Origin: Candidatus Poseidoniales archaeon | GTDB taxonomy: Archaea; Thermoplasmatota; Poseidoniia; Poseidoniales; Poseidoniaceae | Reading direction: 5' to 3' | Assembly (NCBI GenBank): GCA_003602535.1 | Contig: QQSA01000075.1 | Span: 3,853 to 63,338 of the forward strand | Length of the DNA: 59,486 nucleotides | Shown here: one piece after another, positions 54,401-59,486 of the stretch | Numbering within the stretch: the first letter of the stretch is position 1 | Layout of the letters: each line of letters begins with the position of its first letter | The notes under the pieces: generated by a model | What the model was told of the DNA's origin: nothing | Databases searched by the model: none | The model's input: only the letters and a program-made list of their open reading frames with translations | Position numbers and translations under genes: made by a program

Positions 54401-56750
54401 CAAACATAATTTCTGCTTTAGCCTCCTTGATTAGCAAAGAATCTTCAATTGATCGATGGCGTTGTAATAGTGCATCAGCCCTTTGTTGGAATTGCTGAGG
54501 ACTTACTTCTTCTGCGCCAATTCTCTTTGGAATAATCAATGACCGGCCAGCAACTTCGCGGAAACGCTTAGCGAAAATCTGAGTATTGACAATGTATCTT
54601 TCAATAATTTCTAGATGGTTATTTGATTGGAAGGACTCATACATTTTTCCTGGATCAACTTCTTGACTTGTCTTAATTAACAAACCATTTTCGTCAAATG
54701 AAAGTTCCAGTACTGCAATGCCATCTTGTTCTGCAAGCCCAGCCATGAAATATCCAAGCGCTGTATTGAATCCTCTTCCTCTACATGATGTAATGAGATA
54801 TGTGGGCATACCTCCTGAAACAATCTGTTCAACAATCAAGCGATTGGGATCTGGTACTTGGAATGAGTCAAGTGTATGTTCTTCCAGGTGACGAGCAATA
54901 GTGTTTGAAACTCCCTCACTCAGTCCATATGCATCTCGTAAGACGTTACGAGGATCCATTTGCCTTCTAAGTGCAGTAACTGTGTGTCCAATCAAATCTA
55001 GAAGTGCTCCAGAAAGCTCTCGAGAACGACTTCTCGCTTCACCACTCCACGAAGGTACTGTAGGTCTGTAACCTGTAACGGATGCCACATTGACTCTTGT
55101 TCCTTGAATATTGGTAACTCTGTAAGTTGAACCTCCCAACAGAATAACATCTCCGCCACGCAAATTTGCCACGAAAGAAGAAGACAACTGTCCCAGGATA
55201 CTTCCTTCAGCATTGAATACTAGATAGGAATTATCCGGTGCTATAGTTCCAATATTCGTATAATAAATCATTCGAGAATATCCTCGCTTTCCGTAGAGGT
55301 TCTCTTCCCAATCAACCCATACACGCCTTTCTTCTTCTAACATGTCTAAAACTTCAATGAAGTCATCATACTCTAAATTTCTATAAGACCATGTACTGGT
55401 GACAACTTCGAATGCTTCATCAATATCTCTCTCATTGATAATAACAAGTCCGATTAGGAATTGAGCCAAAACGTCTAGACAATTTTGTGGGAAGTCTAGT
55501 AAATCCATATCTCCCGTTTGTATCGCTGCTTGTAATGCTGCCAATTCAATCAAATCATCTACACTTGATGGTAGGAAACGTGCCCTTGGAATTCCTCCTA
55601 CATGGTGTCCAGCACGTCCAATTCTTTGTAATGCTGTAGCAATATCACCAGGTGAACCGACTTGAACAACCATGTCAACCGAACCAATATCAATTCCCAT
55701 CTCGAGAGATGATGATGTAACAACGGCCCTCAAATGTCCAAGTTTCAATTTTCTTTCGACATCTAAACGAATCCGCTTATCCATTGAACCGTGGTGACCT
55801 GCAACCAGATCCCCGAGGAATGGACGCAATTTTTGTACTAGGGTTTCAGTCATCTTCCTAGTATTTGCGAAAACAAGAGTTGTAGTGTGGGCGCTGATTA
55901 AATCTGCAATCATTTCTACATTCATTTCGAGTACTTTCATTACTGAAAGATCACTGAATTTTGGTGAGCAGAGTAGAATATCCAAATCTAATTCTCTTGC
56001 CCCACTAATTTTTGCAATTTTTACTGACTGTCCTCCAGTACGGCTTTCACGGTCATCGCTAGCAACTAAATATTCAGCAACAGTCTCAAGCGGTTCCATT
56101 GTGGCAGAAATACCAATCCTTTGAACAGGCCTTTCGAGAATTGTATCAAGTAATGATATTGTTAGAGCTAGGTGAACCCCTCTCTTTGTGGGTACAAGTG
56201 AATGCATTTCATCAATAATGATCCATTCTACATTAGATACAATCGGCTGGAATCTCGGGGAAGAAATTGCGATTGCCATGCTTTCAGGTGTTGTGATTAG
56301 AATGTGAGGAGGTTTTCTCAACATTTTCTGGCGCTCAGATTGCGGCGTATCTCCAGTTCTTAGCCCAACTCTGATTTTACCTTGAGCTCTATCAGGAAGA
56401 TACTTTTCTTCAATCTCTGCTAGAGGACCAATCAAGTTTTTCTGAATGTCATTTGCCAACGCCTTTATTGGGGAAATATACAAACAATATACTCTCTGTT
56501 CTAATGTTCCTTCAAGGGCATGACGAACTAATTTATCGATAATTGTCAGGAATGCTGTCAAAGTTTTACCAGATCCAGTTGGTGAACAAAGTAGCAGATG
56601 GTCTCCGTCCATAATTGAAGGAATTGCGAGTTTCTGAGGTTTGGTGAAATCGGGGAATTTATCTCTAAACCAATTCCTAACTGGTTGGCATAACTTCTCA
56701 AAAAGTTCCTCTGTTTCTAGAGGGTCTTCTAGGTAAGATATGTTAGCCAT
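51465..56750 (-). CDS. lhr: Lhr-family SF2 helicase, long form with a winged-helix-rich C-terminal extension
   Basis: SPTGSGKT, ISPIKALAND, RTGDT, TTPES, IIDEMH, SAT, HHGS, SSLEMGIDIG, LQRIGRAGH, PSWSGE. Confidence 0.93.
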   Translation of the reverse strand: MANISYLEDPLETEELFEKLCQPVRNWFRDKFPDFTKPQKLAIPSIMDGDHLLLCSPTGSGKTLTAFLTIIDKLVRHALEGTLEQRVYCLYISPIKALANDIQKNLIGPLAEIEEKYLPDRAQGKIRVGLRTGDTPQSERQKMLRKPPHILITTPESMAIAISSPRFQPIVSNVEWIIIDEMHSLVPTKRGVHLALTISLLDTILERPVQRIGISATMEPLETVAEYLVASDDRESRTGGQSVKIAKISGARELDLDILLCSPKFSDLSVMKVLEMNVEMIADLISAHTTTLVFANTRKMTETLVQKLRPFLGDLVAGHHGSMDKRIRLDVERKLKLGHLRAVVTSSSLEMGIDIGSVDMVVQVGSPGDIATALQRIGRAGHHVGGIPRARFLPSSVDDLIELAALQAAIQTGDMDLLDFPQNCLDVLAQFLIGLVIINERDIDEAFEVVTSTWSYRNLEYDDFIEVLDMLEEERRVWVDWEENLYGKRGYSRMIYYTNIGTIAPDNSYLVFNAEGSILGQLSSSFVANLRGGDVILLGGSTYRVTNIQGTRVNVASVTGYRPTVPSWSGEARSRSRELSGALLDLIGHTVTALRRQMDPRNVLRDAYGLSEGVSNTIARHLEEHTLDSFQVPDPNRLIVEQIVSGGMPTYLITSCRGRGFNTALGYFMAGLAEQDGIAVLELSFDENGLLIKTSQEVDPGKMYESFQSNNHLEIIERYIVNTQIFAKRFREVAGRSLIIPKRIGAEEVSPQQFQQRADALLQRHRSIEDSLLIKEAKAEIMFGDIDIKSLNEFLEASKESEARIVHTKVPVPSRLGMSLYMSTFEDLLSMKTRAFLVKDIDPEILRRLLGNRSLATELTDEQLKDYYTGKVPNPTNSSELLHLMSKGGGLDRNWENPLYAAKLAGIDHSTIEGWVTELAAAGKITKLRSTGVKALDDKWFSTYMAEIHGTLGCIAEAGGKEMEDVRDLYTKGITYEVGFEFDGLKPTKWEKKTISDPHEALRVKIIEMLGSEGPAKGDDISGRLPFPQGQIDSILHELEIRNVISVGFFTQTEDAEYILKVDEHRITGGEEDVVEYRWVQNLVMHKSFQKYPDGFTAFDQHILFQKQQEMLYRVENFRYADWKDLQLDSDVLMGRLLHNRIGYTTRKNLPMLLGLKPEPWLGEMEKLILEKIPKGENLTRQEILADFPKGDDYKSLQRDLKNAISNLERQLCLVKQFEDVVGRRRRLSLFHRVYEVYEPLSFEDALVKVIARMGPVKAFTLRYYVSRSVEELAIALKNLEDDGRISRVMALVPEPEAFYVLPEEVSKLNSPNREDRTLRILTQSDPYVSRFIWEVRSVLDRGWYLPVFKGVDPIGKVLMFKINDYLEIKDMHIPYAYLDEFCNAFEKLLDNHSDQLVDVAVLSQFNGVPVTELEDDLRNALENIGFKLAGDRMIRGGVVDPQPREIAERALFHRHHLHQNSRLENEIDALESVQEVRDDFGLRGRAEVYRVSLKNMASANQLHQGINLRGHQVWASYDHFSTLLAIRGQEPNEELIDVLEFFETHSDPNLFMERHAMKRAAFRKLIQPLLRSGHMVQDYRGGFRSVAPRQGLDPVILRREYLRRLVSDYPVITLKQFTRLAGTPFKPEELKAVLNEFEEDSTLIKGFLIQDLHEVCWGKKDLLEEAKNVPPIRDFVIPPSDPIAPYFADVLKQKFGFGSAYLVFHNAEPVAAFKANTRDKIIEVTDYEGSEKGWRIVKEFAWEHQMPLKTELRIGGKRRK

Positions 56751-56888
56751 AATTATCACTCACACACTGCGTGTTTGGACAGCGTGCGTAAGGAGATGAT
56801 GAATGTTTGCATTGTTCCTTGTATCCAAGAGAATTATTTTTTTCGTTACGACCCTTACGACTATATGTCAGTAAAGTATGGGACTGAC

Positions 56889-59342
56889 ATGAATTACAAG
56901 CCTCTAACCATAATCATTCTTCTTCTTCTTTCGACTTTAGCAGGTTGCACTGGTTCAGATGACTCTAACGATTCGGAAGATGAGCAAGAAAATGAAAGTG
57001 AAAATGAGAACACTATCGAATATGAAGGAGACGACATTGGAGAATGCTCAGATTTAGCAGATAATGATAGAGATGGGTTATTTGATTGCGATGATCCTGA
57101 TTGCTCAGGATCACCACTTTGTAAGGACAATTCTACAGATGTAGATACTAATCAAACCAACAATTCCCAAAATAATGATTCCATAATTTCTAATGAAACA
57201 ATTGTCACATTGACTGATGAAATGATTAACTCGGGTATATTGGATTCTGAAGGTGTTTGTGGGATTCTTCTTACCGTTAATGAATGGAGTGCCAGTGATA
57301 TAATCGTTAAAGAGAAATTTGTACTAGCGATCAGAGAATTCGAGTCATTGTATCCAGATGGTACTTCAATATCTTTCTGGATTGCAAATCTTGAATCAAT
57401 TACAGGCGAATCTCAATTGCCCGCTTTATATGATTGGAGAAATGGTGAAGTTGATACATCAGTAAATTATCGGAAGTTCCATGTTATAGATTCTAATCAA
57501 GTAATAGGATTAGGATCATTGGATAGATGGGCTGAAAGCATTGATGAAGCATCAACAAAAATTTGTTTACCATCTCAACGAGATTTAATAGAAGATTTAG
57601 TTGAAATAATGCATCCTCCTCCTGTAAATTTCAATTGGGAGGCTCCAGTTATTACGGATGAAACAATCTCCAATATCAGACAGTCTAGTGAACAAAATTC
57701 TATATGTGAAGTCTTACTAATGTATAATAGCGATTCTTTCTATAGATACTTGAATGATGAAGATTATAATAATGAATATTATATTTCATGGCATGCTGAT
57801 GTATTAGATATGAAGGAAAAAGTCTCAGGATTGAATATTTCATTCTATGATACACTTGGAAAAACATATGAAGCCGAATTAGCAAATTGGCTTTTTGAAT
57901 ATTGGGAAGAAACTCCTAATGCGTCTTGGTGGTCTTGGAGTTTCGACAGTGTTATCATCGATAATAATGGGGTACATTATGTAGATTCATATGATGACAT
58001 ACCACGCAATGTATGCTCCAATGAAGTAAGACCTGATGTTATGAATTTCTTTATTGATACCTATGATTACAATATTCAATCTCATATTCTTAGTCCTTAT
58101 GGAGTTTACAGTGATTCAGTTTGGAATATTAATTCAACTTTAGCCACTATGACTACGTATGAGGAGCAACCGGGTTATTATGGCTCAATTCACCCTGGAT
58201 TGGAAATAACTTGCAATTTAGATGAGGAAAATATTGAACATCAAACTCTACCCCTTGGTACTGATTACCCGTATGTTTTTTCAAACCAACATTGGCGCCT
58301 TATCCAGGTTAACCATCAGGAAGGCCCTACTATCATTGACGAGAGTCTTTTGGTAACTGAAGAGATGCTTGAACACTATATTGTATGTGTTTTTGATGCC
58401 TTCGACCCAATAGCAAATCACACATTCCAAGTGGGTGAACGAAGGCTTGTAACAGAGAGGGTGCCATTAACGAATTATCATTCTGTTTCAGAAAATGAAA
58501 ATGGTGAATTCATATGTGAATATGAGTTATTTGTACCTGATGACTATCCAGAATATTCTGTTTTACATAGTTGGATTGTCTATCGAGACAATCATCCATG
58601 GTTTAGCGACTTTACTACAAGTAACGTATTTGATGGAACAAATTATGATCGACACGCTGAATCTGAATCCATTGAATTACAATTAGGAGATCAGATTTCC
58701 TGTTCATTAAGTTTATACAGACCTGGAGATATTCAATATATTCTGGATTACGGATACATTGAATTCGACAGTGATCGGCCATTTGCATTAGATTATATCC
58801 AATCTGATTATTTTCTCTACAATGAAACCCCTCCAGTAATTGAATCGATTAATATTGATTTTACAATGAATGAAAATGGTGGTGAATACAATTGTACTAC
58901 TTTAGCGTCTGATATAGATGGAGATAACCTTGAATACAGGTTCTCTTGGTATGTAAATGATGAATTATCTCACGAGGATATTTTTGCCCTTGGATTTAAC
59001 TACTCTACATTCGAAGTCACCGGTAATAATCTGACTTCAGTAACTTGCGAAGTTGATGTTCATGATGGATATTTTAATTCTAATGCTAGTCACAAAATGC
59101 ATATAGTAACAATCGAAAGTATGGAATTTGTTGATGACTTTATCACTATTGATGCTGGCGATTCAGTAATGTGGTTCAATGTAGATTCAATGAGCCACAC
59201 TGTAACAGAAAATAAAGGAAATATTGACTCTGGTGAATTATCAAAACACGATTTCTATATTGTGATATTTGATCAAATTGGTTATTTTGATTATTACTGT
59301 GCTTATCATAGTAATATGACGGGTACCGTAGTAGTCGAATAA
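56889..59342 (+). CDS. Lipoprotein with a Cys-rich Ca-binding motif, Ig-like domains and a C-terminal cupredoxin (type-1 Cu) domain
   Basis: Lipobox LAGC; ECSDLADNDRDGLFDCDDPDC; GDSVMWFN....HTVT...YYCAYHSNMTGTVVVE. Confidence 0.82.
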   Translation: MNYKPLTIIILLLLSTLAGCTGSDDSNDSEDEQENESENENTIEYEGDDIGECSDLADNDRDGLFDCDDPDCSGSPLCKDNSTDVDTNQTNNSQNNDSIISNETIVTLTDEMINSGILDSEGVCGILLTVNEWSASDIIVKEKFVLAIREFESLYPDGTSISFWIANLESITGESQLPALYDWRNGEVDTSVNYRKFHVIDSNQVIGLGSLDRWAESIDEASTKICLPSQRDLIEDLVEIMHPPPVNFNWEAPVITDETISNIRQSSEQNSICEVLLMYNSDSFYRYLNDEDYNNEYYISWHADVLDMKEKVSGLNISFYDTLGKTYEAELANWLFEYWEETPNASWWSWSFDSVIIDNNGVHYVDSYDDIPRNVCSNEVRPDVMNFFIDTYDYNIQSHILSPYGVYSDSVWNINSTLATMTTYEEQPGYYGSIHPGLEITCNLDEENIEHQTLPLGTDYPYVFSNQHWRLIQVNHQEGPTIIDESLLVTEEMLEHYIVCVFDAFDPIANHTFQVGERRLVTERVPLTNYHSVSENENGEFICEYELFVPDDYPEYSVLHSWIVYRDNHPWFSDFTTSNVFDGTNYDRHAESESIELQLGDQISCSLSLYRPGDIQYILDYGYIEFDSDRPFALDYIQSDYFLYNETPPVIESINIDFTMNENGGEYNCTTLASDIDGDNLEYRFSWYVNDELSHEDIFALGFNYSTFEVTGNNLTSVTCEVDVHDGYFNSNASHKMHIVTIESMEFVDDFITIDAGDSVMWFNVDSMSHTVTENKGNIDSGELSKHDFYIVIFDQIGYFDYYCAYHSNMTGTVVVE

Positions 59343-59439
59343 ATTTCCATCAATGAGGATGAAATTTAATCGGTGAAAAATGCCAAATTCTTAGTAAATG
59401 TATAGATTGTCTCATTTACCACTTGGCATTCGCATGCAC

Positions 59440-59486
59440 ATGGAGAACTTCTCGCAAGAGCGATTAGCCCGTCTTTCGGGCATGCT
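59440..59486 (+). CDS. Possible start of a CDS running off the window
   Basis: ATG 59440 is open to the window end (MENFSQERLARLSGM..). Confidence 0.25.
   Translation, partial: MENFSQERLARLSGM

Noticed and set aside
59467..59481. Hairpin GCCCG-TCTTT-CGGGC at the window end
   Set aside because: Only a 5-bp stem, with no downstream context available, and it may lie inside the next CDS

Overview
Gene-dense, AT-rich archaeal chromosome segment. The gene set and protein style point to Marine Group II Euryarchaeota (Ca. Poseidoniales, Thermoplasmatota); this placement is inferred from gene content, not from a search. It holds about 55 CDS and one tRNA-Gln(TTG). Core blocks are: rps12-rps7-EF2 split by an inserted acyl-CoA desaturase; the proteasome/exosome superoperon (psmA-SBDS-rrp4-rrp41-rrp42-rpl37ae-pcc1-pfdB-DHH); isoprenoid and acyl-CoA genes (thiolase plus DUF35, IPK, an IDI1-GGPP synthase fusion, a UbiD-family decarboxylase, acyl-CoA and 3-hydroxyacyl-CoA dehydrogenases, coaBC); RNA and translation modifiers (aIF5A, trmY, tiaS, dph6, kptA); purB, surE, OPT and EamA transporters, an archaeosortase and a long Lhr helicase. 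Four large cell-surface proteins are present (TSP3-repeat, WD40/PstS-like, lectin/LamG/PPC, cupredoxin lipoprotein). The most notable observations are a MamK-like actin flanked by Zn-ribbon/TerB-like genes, the desaturase with a perfect 18-bp upstream palindrome, a WD40 plus degenerate-PstS receptor-like protein, a shared Trp-rich cytoplasmic tail on surface proteins, and non-canonical TATA-like promoter elements. No CRISPR array, rRNA or mobile element was seen. All family assignments come from recalled motifs; no database search was run.
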